A DNA stretch of 64,000 nt from a virus. The notes beneath the pieces were generated by a model, which made no database searches, was not told the origin of the DNA, and saw only the letters and a program-made list of their open reading frames with translations. Every line of letters begins with the position of its first letter. Positions within the stretch are counted from its first letter, which is position 1. Of this stretch, positions 33,806 to 42,318 are shown in pieces. Location: positions 144,882 through 208,881 of the IMG/VR virus record IMGVR_UViG_3300005529_000001. One strand, written 5' to 3'. The translations under genes were made by a program, and so were the position numbers.

Positions 33806-34980
33806 CAAGCCCCCACCATGGATTGGAACAACTCGCTCTCAAGGCGATGGATTTCCTGGCCTAGCGCTTTGCCCGAAAACCCCTGTGCCATCAGGGGCTC
33901 ACCCCTGAAAGGCTCAGAGCCCAGGTACCGCAAGAAAGCATCGAACTCTGCGTTCGAGGGCATCCCGCGAGCACGAACGTACTCAACGTACATCGTGAAG
34001 GCGTCATCTTCTGACATGCCCAGGGCTTTCTCGGCCTTGCGGAGCTTCAGAGCGGTGTCCTTCGTGATGTTACGGAGCCGGAGCAAGAACGTGACTTGCG
34101 CGACCTCGTCAACCGAGTACTTCAGGTGAAGCAGCTTTTTCCCCAACGTCTCAAGGTTCTCATCATCCAAGATGAGAGCTAGCACGACCGGGACGGTGTT
34201 GGAATCGACCCCACGCGTAGACACGAGGTTGTCCAGGTACGTTGACACTTTGAGCCCGGGCAGCACCCGATCCCACAACCCCAACGACGTCATGAGGTTC
34301 ATCAACCGTTGTGGTTTCTCAGCTGCTACGATCGACTTGACAAGCTCGTCCCGGACCCGTTCAAACGAGACGCCATCAAGGTTGTTGTCACGCTGAATGG
34401 CTGCGAACGTTTCTTTGGAGATCTCAAAGCCGAGCTTGACTGCGAACCTGATGGCTCGCAACACCCTGAGCCTGTCTTCGGCAAACCTGTCCTCGGGACG
34501 TCCAACCGTCCTGATGACCTTGTGACGAATGTCATCGAGCCCGCCGACTAGGTCAACGACCTCTTGCGCGGTGATGTCATAGAACAGAGCGTTGATCGTC
34601 AGGTCCCGACGTTGCACGTCTTCCTTGATCGTCGCGAAGCGTACCTGTGGGTGGCGACCCGCGCTCAGGTCCTCACGGAACGTTGCGATCTCGTACTCCT
34701 CGGAAGGAGACCCATCGTGGGTGTACGTCCTCGTTCGGATGACGCCGAAAGCCTTGCCGACTGCATCCGTTAGCCATCGTCCCGTGGTGTGGAGCAAGCG
34801 CTCCACTTGGTCAGGAGTGGCATCAGTTGCGAGGTCGAAATCCTTGGGCTTCTTGCCCATCACCGCGTCACGCACTGCACCACCGACCAGGTGCAGTGCG
34901 TAGCCATTCGTATGAAAGAGCATCGCCAGCGATTTGACATCGCTGTGCAAGTCAATCTTGAGAGGCTGACGGACTACCAT
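33805..34980 (-). CDS. cca: CCA-adding enzyme / poly(A) polymerase-family tRNA nucleotidyltransferase
   Basis: Class II head domain LVGGAVRDAVMGKKPKDFDLATDATP. 391 aa. Confidence 0.7.
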   Translation of the reverse strand: MVVRQPLKIDLHSDVKSLAMLFHTNGYALHLVGGAVRDAVMGKKPKDFDLATDATPDQVERLLHTTGRWLTDAVGKAFGVIRTRTYTHDGSPSEEYEIATFREDLSAGRHPQVRFATIKEDVQRRDLTINALFYDITAQEVVDLVGGLDDIRHKVIRTVGRPEDRFAEDRLRVLRAIRFAVKLGFEISKETFAAIQRDNNLDGVSFERVRDELVKSIVAAEKPQRLMNLMTSLGLWDRVLPGLKVSTYLDNLVSTRGVDSNTVPVVLALILDDENLETLGKKLLHLKYSVDEVAQVTFLLRLRNITKDTALKLRKAEKALGMSEDDAFTMYVEYVRARGMPSNAEFDAFLRYLGSEPFRGEPLMAQGFSGKALGQEIHRLESELFQSMVGA

Positions 34981-35012
34981 GCGGTCATCCTACCATCGTT
35001 GGTGGTTGGTTT

Positions 35013-35594
35013 TCACTCTTTCGCGATGTTCGCTCGTTTGTCAACGGCAAGATGGTGGCGAAAGCAACGCGGCTCATAGAGCTCCGCGCCACCGACCTGG
35101 ATCTCCTCGCCGTCTGTCTGTTTCTTGTGAGTGTAGAAAGCGTCACGCCCACATTCAGTGCAGACCGCTGCACATTTTTCGACATGCGTTGCCCAAGCCA
35201 TCAGCTTCTCGACCTCGTGGAATGGCTTGCCCAGGTATGACAGGTCCAACGTTGAGACCACGACATCGATGCCGAGCTGGTAAAGGTAGATCAGGACGTC
35301 GGCGACGCCCGGGATCATGAACGCTTCGTCAACGGCAACCACCTCGGGCATCTGTTCCGCTTCCGCAAGCGCGCCCAAGATGTCTGACCCCTCCTTGACA
35401 AGGGTAGCATCGTGTTTCCAGCCCGAGTGACTGACAACCTCAGTGTTGCTGTACCTGGCATCGATCGCGGGCTTGAAGACCTGGATTCGCTTGTGTTGGT
35501 ACTTGGCACGCTCAAGAGCGAGCAACAGTTTCGTCGTTTTTGACGAGAACATTGCGCCCGCGAAGACCGTCAGCGTTGGGTTCTGCCCGCTCAT
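35013..35594 (-). CDS. tdk: Thymidine kinase
   Basis: P-loop FAGAMFSSKTTKLL, VDEAFMIPG, C-terminal Zn ribbon CxxC...C. Confidence 0.75.
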   Translation of the reverse strand: MSGQNPTLTVFAGAMFSSKTTKLLLALERAKYQHKRIQVFKPAIDARYSNTEVVSHSGWKHDATLVKEGSDILGALAEAEQMPEVVAVDEAFMIPGVADVLIYLYQLGIDVVVSTLDLSYLGKPFHEVEKLMAWATHVEKCAAVCTECGRDAFYTHKKQTDGEEIQVGGAELYEPRCFRHHLAVDKRANIAKE

Positions 35595-36148
35595 GCGAAC
35601 CTATGTTCCAGGATGACGAAGGGAGCGCGGCACACCGAGTCATACCTTGCTGCAGCCTCAAGGGCTAACGTGATTCGTTTCTTTGGGTCCATTTGCATGT
35701 CTCTTGTCGCGTACATTGCCCCGTTGGCAACTTGCGCGCCCACACCGATGCAACAGTAATCATCCTGAGGACAACCAACATCAAAATCTTCTTCGATGGA
35801 ATAGAGCTTGCCGTTGTATCCCACCAGCAACCCAACCGAGTGAAACTCTTCTTCGTCTTCCCTCTTCAGAGATCCTTTTTCCTTGTGCAACTCTCTGACA
35901 GCATCGATGAAGTTGATGACCATGTAAGCCATGTCATCGTGCTTCTTGGGCTTGTCAGGTGCTTCGAAAGCGTACCGCAACAGCTGTCCCACACGGAAGC
36001 TTCCCGCAAAACCTATGATGAAGTCACCGTTGATGAAGACTTTTTCGTCAGCCCGGCCGAGAACAGAGGTGCCTTTCGTATCGGATGCCAACGAATCAGC
36101 ACCCATATAGATCACGCCGTTCTCGACCAAGCCAACGATACAGGTCAT
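35591..36148 (-). CDS. HslV-like N-terminal-Thr peptidase (proteasome beta-type Ntn hydrolase), copy 1
   Basis: MTCIVGLVENGVIYMGAD, ADEKVFINGDFIIGFAGS and CIGVGAQVANGAMYA align with HslV TTIVSVRRNGHVVIAGD / [20 protein letters not shown] / IAIGSGGPYAQAAARA. Thr follows the initiator Met. Confidence 0.6.
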   Translation of the reverse strand: MTCIVGLVENGVIYMGADSLASDTKGTSVLGRADEKVFINGDFIIGFAGSFRVGQLLRYAFEAPDKPKKHDDMAYMVINFIDAVRELHKEKGSLKREDEEEFHSVGLLVGYNGKLYSIEEDFDVGCPQDDYCCIGVGAQVANGAMYATRDMQMDPKKRITLALEAAARYDSVCRAPFVILEHRFA

Positions 36149-36152
36149 GGAC

Positions 36153-36722
36153 TCAGTTCCGGTTCTTCACCACCAGCGTATCGAACGGTGGAGCACAGCC
36201 TGCGTTCTTGGTAGAAGCTTCGAGTGCCATGAGAACACGCTTCTTGGCGCCGCCCCACATTTTCTTGGTCGCTTCGAACGAACCGAGCGCCAGCTTGCTG
36301 CCGCTGCCGACAGAAGCAAACTTCTCATCGCCTTCGACCAGCTGAAAGTTACCCTCGAGCGTGTAGAGATGGCCACGATAAGCGACCAACATCGCGCCTT
36401 CAAAGCAGATCTCACCGTTACCGCCGAATGGGCTGTTGTCAGGACCCGCTGCGTCGAGCTTCTTGAGGCCCTCGCGGATCGCTGGAACTAGCTCGGTCAC
36501 TAGGAACTGCCTATCATCGCCGCCTGCCTGGATGGGCAGCTCGATGCCATGTTTTAGCGCGTCCATGACCTTGGGCAGGCCGCAGACACCAAAGCCCACA
36601 TCGCCCTTTGCAAAGATCTTGGGCTCCTTGAGCAAGGTCCTATTGAGACCGCCATCCGTGGCCGCCCGATCTCCGCCGAGCCACACCTTGTTCCCATCAA
36701 CCAAACCGACTATGCAGGTCAT
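36153..36722 (-). CDS. HslV-like N-terminal-Thr peptidase, copy 2
   Basis: MTCIVGLVDGNKVWLGGD, KIFAKGDVGFGVCG, GSGSKLALGS. Paralog of 35591-36148, 4 nt upstream. Confidence 0.6.
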   Translation of the reverse strand: MTCIVGLVDGNKVWLGGDRAATDGGLNRTLLKEPKIFAKGDVGFGVCGLPKVMDALKHGIELPIQAGGDDRQFLVTELVPAIREGLKKLDAAGPDNSPFGGNGEICFEGAMLVAYRGHLYTLEGNFQLVEGDEKFASVGSGSKLALGSFEATKKMWGGAKKRVLMALEASTKNAGCAPPFDTLVVKNRN

Positions 36723-36901
36723 GACTTGTTCTCCGAGCTTGACTTCTTGGTGTCCTGTTCACCGGCAACGTACGACGACCAAGCGATCAACGTCATCGCG
36801 TTGAATGCTTCGCCAGTGTAGCCGAGTTTCTTTGCTGCCTTGATCGCTTTCGTGATCGACGAAGCGAGTGTATCACGCCAAACAGTGTTGTCTTCGCTCA
36901 T
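36719..36901 (-). CDS. Hypothetical small protein
   Basis: 60 aa. GGAAGG SD. Overlaps the stop of the upstream gene. Confidence 0.3.
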   Translation of the reverse strand: MSEDNTVWRDTLASSITKAIKAAKKLGYTGEAFNAMTLIAWSSYVAGEQDTKKSSSENKS

Positions 36902-36904
36902 TAG

Positions 36905-37672
36905 TCATCCTTCCTTTGTGTTGTACGGCGAGTCTGGGTAGAGTTCACGGTATTGTGACTTGGATACGGCGATCTCTCCCGTCTTGGTAAAATGGTCTAC
37001 CAAGTAGAAGTGTCGCTCGTAGACGTGGAGACTGCCTGCGCTCCAGTGAATGTCACCCTCAGGCAACTGGAGATCCTTGGCAAGGTTGGCAAGGACGGTA
37101 TACTGCCAGGCTCGATCGTTCTTGTAACCCAGAACCGCGTCATTGGATCGCATCTGGACCACGGCATGAAGAGCACCATCACGGACTAGGTACTGTACCG
37201 CGTTGGTGCACATGAAGTCGCTCCGGCCATCGATGTTGTACTCCTCCCACATCGAGGGACGGGTGTAGATGACAACAGCCCTCCGGCTCTCCGGGTTTTT
37301 CTTGAGCTCGGCCAGCACTTTTGTGTACTGGCCACCGTTCTCTGGGCTGTAGGTCGTCCACCCGTAGTTGCTGTTGATGGTACCGTCCTTAGAAGCGACA
37401 GCTTTCCACACCGTGGGTGCCCCGCCCGGGATGTCATTGACGTTCCGGCTCTGGCTCATGTACCACATCTCCTCGCGGTGGATGTAGTCCCAGTCAACCT
37501 TGCCGAACAGGGCGTCGTCCGAAGCGATGAAGTTAGCCCCAACGATCTCAATCGTCCTCTTGCCAACCAGAGAGGTCATCGACGCTTCCCGGTTGACGCT
37601 AGTGAATTTCTCCTCGGCAAGAAGAGAAGCGAATTGGTCCCTGATCGACTGCGTTGAATTGTAGAGCGTCAT
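36905..37672 (-). CDS. Thymidylate-synthase-family pyrimidine C5-modifying enzyme (divergent; ThyA or dNMP hydroxymethylase-like)
   Basis: FMCTNAVQYLVRDGALHAVVQMRSNDAVLGYKND aligns with ThyA [33 protein letters not shown]: catalytic Cys, RSxD and Asn retained. IHREEMWYM matches IHELLWFL. The folate/N-terminal regions diverge far more than between true ThyAs. Confidence 0.6.
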   Translation of the reverse strand: MTLYNSTQSIRDQFASLLAEEKFTSVNREASMTSLVGKRTIEIVGANFIASDDALFGKVDWDYIHREEMWYMSQSRNVNDIPGGAPTVWKAVASKDGTINSNYGWTTYSPENGGQYTKVLAELKKNPESRRAVVIYTRPSMWEEYNIDGRSDFMCTNAVQYLVRDGALHAVVQMRSNDAVLGYKNDRAWQYTVLANLAKDLQLPEGDIHWSAGSLHVYERHFYLVDHFTKTGEIAVSKSQYRELYPDSPYNTKEG

Positions 37673-38622
37673 TTGTTAAGCTTCATCTTTCCGACCCAAT
37701 CCCAGTTGTCTTCGTACCATTTGACGGTCCGATCCAGACCCTCCCAGAACCTGACCAGTGGGACATATCCTAACAACTGTTGTGCTTTTGTCACGTCGGC
37801 TTGGGTGTGCATGACATCGCCGGCGCGCCAGGGCGCGTTGCAGACCTGAGCACCTGGATAACGCTTGCCCAGCTCGATGATGATGTCACGGTTAGTCGTT
37901 CGGTCTCCACATGCTACGTTGATGCACTCAGCATTGAGCAAACCTGATACGTTTCCAGCCTTGACACACGCATCGACAACGTTGTCAACGTAACACATGT
38001 CGCGGCTCTGGCTGCCGTCGCCGTCGCTACGAAGAGGGATGCCCTTCTTGATCGCTGTCAACCAGGCTGACACCGCGGTTGAATACGGGCTGTCACCCAG
38101 CTGGTTGGGTCCAAAGACATTGAAGAAACGCAAACAAACGCTGTCAAGCTTGTAAAGATCGCGGTACAAGACCAGGTAATCTTCAATGATCGACTTCTGA
38201 AGAGCATATGGTGACTTGGGGTTCTTACGCTCGTTCTCGCTGGTGGGTAGTATGTCAGCCCCACCGTATACCGACGAGCTAGACGCGAAAACGAACCGCT
38301 TGACGTTGTCCCGACAGGCATCCATCAACGCCAACGTCCGGGACACGTTGACGTGGTTGGTTTCTAGCGGGTGCTCGACTGAGTACGACACCCTGGGAAC
38401 AGCCGCCAAGTGAAAGATGACATCGTACCTGCCCTGCTTTATCTCGTGCAATACATCAGCATGAGCAAAATCTTTCGTGATTACCGCCTGGCCATGAGGT
38501 ACAAACTCCAGGTGACCGTTGGACAGATCGTCAACAGTGTCAACATCCCACCCTTCGTCCAAGCAACGCTTGACAAGGTTCGATCCGATGAAGCCCGCGC
38601 CGCCAGTGACAAGGACGTGCAT
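37669..38622 (-). CDS. NAD-dependent nucleotide-sugar 4-epimerase (GalE/WbpP-like extended SDR)
   Basis: VLVTGGAGFIGSNLV Rossmann motif, SSSSVYG, catalytic YALQK. 4-nt overlap (translational coupling) with the TS-family gene. Confidence 0.75.
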   Translation of the reverse strand: MHVLVTGGAGFIGSNLVKRCLDEGWDVDTVDDLSNGHLEFVPHGQAVITKDFAHADVLHEIKQGRYDVIFHLAAVPRVSYSVEHPLETNHVNVSRTLALMDACRDNVKRFVFASSSSVYGGADILPTSENERKNPKSPYALQKSIIEDYLVLYRDLYKLDSVCLRFFNVFGPNQLGDSPYSTAVSAWLTAIKKGIPLRSDGDGSQSRDMCYVDNVVDACVKAGNVSGLLNAECINVACGDRTTNRDIIIELGKRYPGAQVCNAPWRAGDVMHTQADVTKAQQLLGYVPLVRFWEGLDRTVKWYEDNWDWVGKMKLNK

Positions 38623-38655
38623 GAGCGGATCATAACCCGCCCGCCGTCCAAAGTT

Positions 38656-39177
38656 TCAGTACCGCGTGGTGTCGACCCAAGCACCGTCGGCAGGAACCCA
38701 CTGCCACGGTGGCATGTCTTCCTCTTCGCTTGGTTCACCCTCGGTTGCCATCAGAGCCCAAGGAACACCATCAACAACAATCGATGGGTCATTTTCGTCG
38801 ACCGCTTCAAGGACGTAAAAGTACGTGAGATCAGCAGGAGCATCAGCAAGAGCAACAACGGCTTCAGGCACCATCTTTTCTAGCTCTTGAAGGGTGAATG
38901 CCTGCATGTGATGCAAGCCCTCAGACAACACCTTCATGGCATCGTTGACGTAATAGTCGAGGATGTCGGCTTCGACCTTGTTGGATCCTGCTTCCTGGAC
39001 TGCGCTGCTCCAGCTCGTGAAGGTAGTGTCCCACCCATCACTGTCATCTGTGAACCGGCGACCGATCTTAGCCTCGACAAGACGTCGAAACTTCCGATGA
39101 TCATCAATGATCATTTCTTCATTCAGTGCGCGTTCGATCTCCTCACGCACCAGGGCCCTTAGCGACTTCTCATCCAT
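38656..39177 (-). CDS. Acidic protein with CTS-like N-terminus
   Basis: Start set at the internal ATG (MDEKSLRALVREEIERALNE) right after the upstream stop, with CCTACTTAC 5 nt upstream. The upstream ORF extension looks non-coding. Confidence 0.4.
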   Translation of the reverse strand: MDEKSLRALVREEIERALNEEMIIDDHRKFRRLVEAKIGRRFTDDSDGWDTTFTSWSSAVQEAGSNKVEADILDYYVNDAMKVLSEGLHHMQAFTLQELEKMVPEAVVALADAPADLTYFYVLEAVDENDPSIVVDGVPWALMATEGEPSEEEDMPPWQWVPADGAWVDTTRY

Positions 39178-39178
39178 G

Positions 39179-40612
39179 TCAGGTAAGTAGGCCCATCCTG
39201 CGCATGGCGGCGGGAGTTGTTGCCTCGTAGGAGCACCGCTTCCTGATGACTTCCAACAGCTTCTGGTTGATGTTGTGACGGGCATTCTCCCGTGATGGAC
39301 ACTGAACACGCCCAATCGACCTGTCAAGCAAATCAACCAAATTGATGAGATTTACTTCACCCAGCACGTATTGGCTCACCCCAGCCTCCTCAGCCAGGCT
39401 CGAATACTCGTAGTTGTCGAGCCACAGTGGCATGCATCCCAACTCGACGCATTCTCGAGCAGCTGTCCCGCCATACGGATCCTTGTTATAGAGGCCCAGA
39501 GCGATGTGGGAGTTCCGTGCCACGTACTTGTACTCGTCACGGTTGAAAGTGTCATCCGTCAGCTTGACGTAGCCGTTGGCCCCACATTTCTCTTCGAGCT
39601 CAGCGTTAGAGAACTTGAAATTTGGATTGCCACACACTACGACGTAGTCCCGTCGCCGTTGTCGCAGCTGGGGAAGGATATCGAACATGAACTTCATACC
39701 GTTGGTATAGTCGCCGCTCGACGGAGAGATCCGATTGGGGAAGAACAGGACGCACTTTCCCTCCGTCTTGGCTTTCCATTCCGCCGCAGAAAAACGGACG
39801 TTCTTCATGTCAGGTTCCAGCAACGTCTCCGCCGAGGAGTACCCGTCGTCCCAGGGCATTGACTTGGCACGAACGTCATCAACCACGTCCTGGGTGAACC
39901 ACTTGCCCATGCTGTCAAAGAACTGCAACATCGCTGACTCGCACTGCCAGAAGTTGTAGTCGGCCCGGAGTGCGGCTTCACACTGGCCAAGCCACAGTGA
40001 ACACTCTTGCGGGAACTTGGGGACTTCAGGCACATCTACAAAGTGGGAGTGGACGTAGAACTTGGGTTGGTAACCACCGTTGATGTGAAACATCGCCTTG
40101 AAGTTACGAAGGTGCATCGGATCATTGATGTAGACCGCGTCGTACTTCAACTCTGGGTGCTTTTTGTGATTGTGGATCCCGATGCTCAGGGAGACCTTGT
40201 TGAAGTTGAGATCGTACCTGGTCGCCAGCGCGTTTGCCATTACTTCGTGCTGGATATAGTTGAGCCGGCCCCGGTCTTCTTTGGTCGGATCGACATAACC
40301 ATAGAGGCAATGCCAGTCAAGATCCGGGTTGACGATCCACGGATAATCAACGCACTGGCTAGCGTTTTCATAGTAGGTATCGAACAGCTTCGGTCCCATC
40401 ACGTCGATCTGGAGATCTGGGTTGCGGCGCAACATCTCTCGCACCCGCCCCATCACCATCTGCCACCCGCTGTCGCAAGCCAGGTCAAACTTGTTGTGTT
40501 TGTAGTTGATGTTACTCAGCTGAGTCTGGACTAGCAGGCGCATGCTTGAACCTTTCCCTGATGTCGGCGTGGTGTTCATCGCAGTGTGCACGTGCCTGCT
40601 CAAAAAGCGCAA
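39179..40612 (-). CDS. Putative glycosyltransferase (GT-B-like C-terminal domain)
   Basis: DPYGGTAARECVELGCMPLWL resembles the GT4 Ex7E motif (EGFGLxxLEAMAxGxPVI). 477 aa. The true start may be the internal Met at 40543 or 40579. Confidence 0.35.
   Translation of the reverse strand: MRFLSRHVHTAMNTTPTSGKGSSMRLLVQTQLSNINYKHNKFDLACDSGWQMVMGRVREMLRRNPDLQIDVMGPKLFDTYYENASQCVDYPWIVNPDLDWHCLYGYVDPTKEDRGRLNYIQHEVMANALATRYDLNFNKVSLSIGIHNHKKHPELKYDAVYINDPMHLRNFKAMFHINGGYQPKFYVHSHFVDVPEVPKFPQECSLWLGQCEAALRADYNFWQCESAMLQFFDSMGKWFTQDVVDDVRAKSMPWDDGYSSAETLLEPDMKNVRFSAAEWKAKTEGKCVLFFPNRISPSSGDYTNGMKFMFDILPQLRQRRRDYVVVCGNPNFKFSNAELEEKCGANGYVKLTDDTFNRDEYKYVARNSHIALGLYNKDPYGGTAARECVELGCMPLWLDNYEYSSLAEEAGVSQYVLGEVNLINLVDLLDRSIGRVQCPSRENARHNINQKLLEVIRKRCSYEATTPAAMRRMGLLT
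39183..39191 (-). promoter_or_regulatory. CCTACTTAC promoter-like motif upstream of 38656-39177
   Basis: Minus-sense gcCTACTTACctgacATG. Confidence 0.3.
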
Positions 40613-40922
40613 CTAGGATGCGACGCAGTTTCCTGTTGTCGTCGAAAGTCAGGTCTTCAATGATTTCCCTGGCGCAGTGCTCAGCCCACTTCTCCTTGTT
40701 GAACGTGACCTCACCGTACTGATCATCGATCACCCATGACCCGGGCGCTGCGGCTTTTGACCTGAACTTGGTCTTGAAGGTGATGTGACCGCTCGACCAA
40801 TCCTCGAAGCCAGGAACGCACTCCTTTCGAGCGTCGAGCATGTGGAACTCGACGCCCATGATGAAAGCGCTCTTGCTCATGTCGTGCTTCGCTTCAGGTT
40901 CTGTCTCAGCCACTCGGTACAC
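40512..40922 (-). CDS. Hypothetical protein
   Basis: 136-aa ORF. Overlaps both neighbours. Confidence 0.3.
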   Translation of the reverse strand: MYRVAETEPEAKHDMSKSAFIMGVEFHMLDARKECVPGFEDWSSGHITFKTKFRSKAAAPGSWVIDDQYGEVTFNKEKWAEHCAREIIEDLTFDDNRKLRRILVALFEQARAHCDEHHADIRERFKHAPASPDSAE

Positions 40923-41440
40923 TCCTTACCATGTGCGATGCTCTCGAGAACGTCGTCTTGGGCACGGTGCGCTTGGGCTTTCTTGAGCTGCGGCATTCCC
41001 ATCGACCGGCAGTACAGTTTCAGCACCGAGACGTCATAGCACCTGACATCGTTCTCACGGAACTCGAACCGCGTTGCTACCCTAGGCATGTGGACTTTCA
41101 TGAACTTGTAATCAAAACGGATGCTAGATCCTCCCATGACGGGTCGTTCGTCTGGGTCACCAACAAGCGGGACAACACGAAGGAGGTCTTCCTCAACGTC
41201 CCGTACCTGTTTCGCAAGCCACGACGAACAGTCAGCAAGCAGACCGTTCTTGGTGTGCATCTCCAAGACGATCGGTCTCAGATCAGATGGAATCCACGGG
41301 GCCAACGGCATCACTGCATGGTACACGGGCCTGGCGTTGAAGGGGTCGTTGAAGTCCGCGACGGACACCGCGAGCTCCAACGGCTTGTCTTTGTCAGGAT
41401 CGATGCCCGTTGACTCAAAGTCAAGCCAGAAGATCTTCAT
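40877..41440 (-). CDS. DEDD-family 3'-5' exonuclease (DnaQ/oligoribonuclease-like)
   Basis: Exo I motif IFWLDFESTGIDPDKD, with later conserved acidic/His positions (HxxxD near HRAQDDV). Confidence 0.6.
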   Translation of the reverse strand: MKIFWLDFESTGIDPDKDKPLELAVSVADFNDPFNARPVYHAVMPLAPWIPSDLRPIVLEMHTKNGLLADCSSWLAKQVRDVEEDLLRVVPLVGDPDERPVMGGSSIRFDYKFMKVHMPRVATRFEFRENDVRCYDVSVLKLYCRSMGMPQLKKAQAHRAQDDVLESIAHGKECTEWLRQNLKRSTT

Positions 41441-41721
41441 GCGTTTCTCAGCGCAGCTGTCAGCAAACCGATCAATGGTCGCAACGTTTGTCCCGTACGC
41501 GCTGCCTCTTTCCCACCGCGACTGAGCAGCGCATCTAAGGATAACGCCATTGCTCGAGCTTCATCGTGGTCGAGCTCAATGGTGACTGTCTTCGCCAACC
41601 GCTTGGGATCAGTCTTAGCGTTCTCCCAGATGCCCAAGCAAGTGGGACACCCATCGGGATACTTCGCTGTCTTCATCGGCATCCGACGTGCCTGGTACTT
41701 CGGGTGTTCTTTGCACTTCAT
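41437..41721 (-). CDS. Hypothetical Zn-ribbon-like protein
   Basis: 94 aa. CKEH...CPTC Cys pairs. Confidence 0.35.
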   Translation of the reverse strand: MKCKEHPKYQARRMPMKTAKYPDGCPTCLGIWENAKTDPKRLAKTVTIELDHDEARAMALSLDALLSRGGKEAARTGQTLRPLIGLLTAALRNA

Positions 41722-42272
41722 CAGACCACCCTGTAGATGAAATAATGAACGTCATCGAGCTCACGTTGGAGGTTCTCATCGTCAACGTTGAGCTTCAGGA
41801 GCTTGCATTTGGTCCATGACGCAAAGTCCATGTACGCATCATGGATCTGCTGGAGCGTCTCCCCCTTGACGGTTGGGTCAAGATCATCAACGATCTTTGA
41901 GTAATCTGTACGGCAAGCAAGGATGATGCGAGCGTCGAGCTTGGCCCACTCTTCGTCGAGATGCCTCAGCATCCTGTCGTCAGTCACCCGGCCGAACGTC
42001 TTGCTGTAAGCATACTCGCATGGGTAACCACGATCGAAGATGACAGACTGGCCTGTTTGTTTGAGCAGGTCCATAACCCGGGGGTCAGCATACCGCAGCT
42101 GTTCTAGGAACAGCTCACGTTTCGAGACCCGGCTTGACAAGAAAGCATCGTGCTCGCTCGACGCCTTGAAGTAAGGGATGTCGGTGACCCTGGAGAGGGC
42201 CTTGCTTATCTCTGTTTTCCCAGACATGTCGGGCCCAACGAAGAAAACGATGCGTTGCCGTCCCACGTACAT
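41721..42272 (-). CDS. P-loop nucleotide/polynucleotide kinase-like protein
   Basis: Walker A VGPDMSGKTEISKAL near the N-terminus. 183 aa, the size of dNMP/thymidylate or polynucleotide kinase domains. Confidence 0.5.
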   Translation of the reverse strand: MYVGRQRIVFFVGPDMSGKTEISKALSRVTDIPYFKASSEHDAFLSSRVSKRELFLEQLRYADPRVMDLLKQTGQSVIFDRGYPCEYAYSKTFGRVTDDRMLRHLDEEWAKLDARIILACRTDYSKIVDDLDPTVKGETLQQIHDAYMDFASWTKCKLLKLNVDDENLQRELDDVHYFIYRVV

Positions 42273-42304
42273 GGCTCTATCCTAACCTACCGCCCTGCAA
42301 ATCG

Positions 42305-42312
42305 ATACTTAG
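42305..42312 (+). promoter_or_regulatory. ATACTTAG promoter-like motif upstream of 42319-45432
   Basis: Plus-sense cgATACTTAGagagtcATG in the divergent intergenic region 42273-42318. Confidence 0.3.
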
Positions 42313-42318
42313 AGAGTC

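Noticed and set aside
35591-36722. Calling the HslV-like pair the prohead protease that cleaves the L/I/M-x-E peptides
   Set aside because: Attractive but unsupported. Known prohead proteases of this cleavage class are serine proteases of the assemblin fold. It is mentioned only as an open question in the findings.
38656-39336. Full-length 226-aa version of ORF 38656-39336
   Set aside because: The N-terminal 53 residues overlap the glycosyltransferase gene end. An internal ATG at 39177, preceded by CCTACTTAC, yields the CTS-like N-terminus MDEKSLRALVREEIE.
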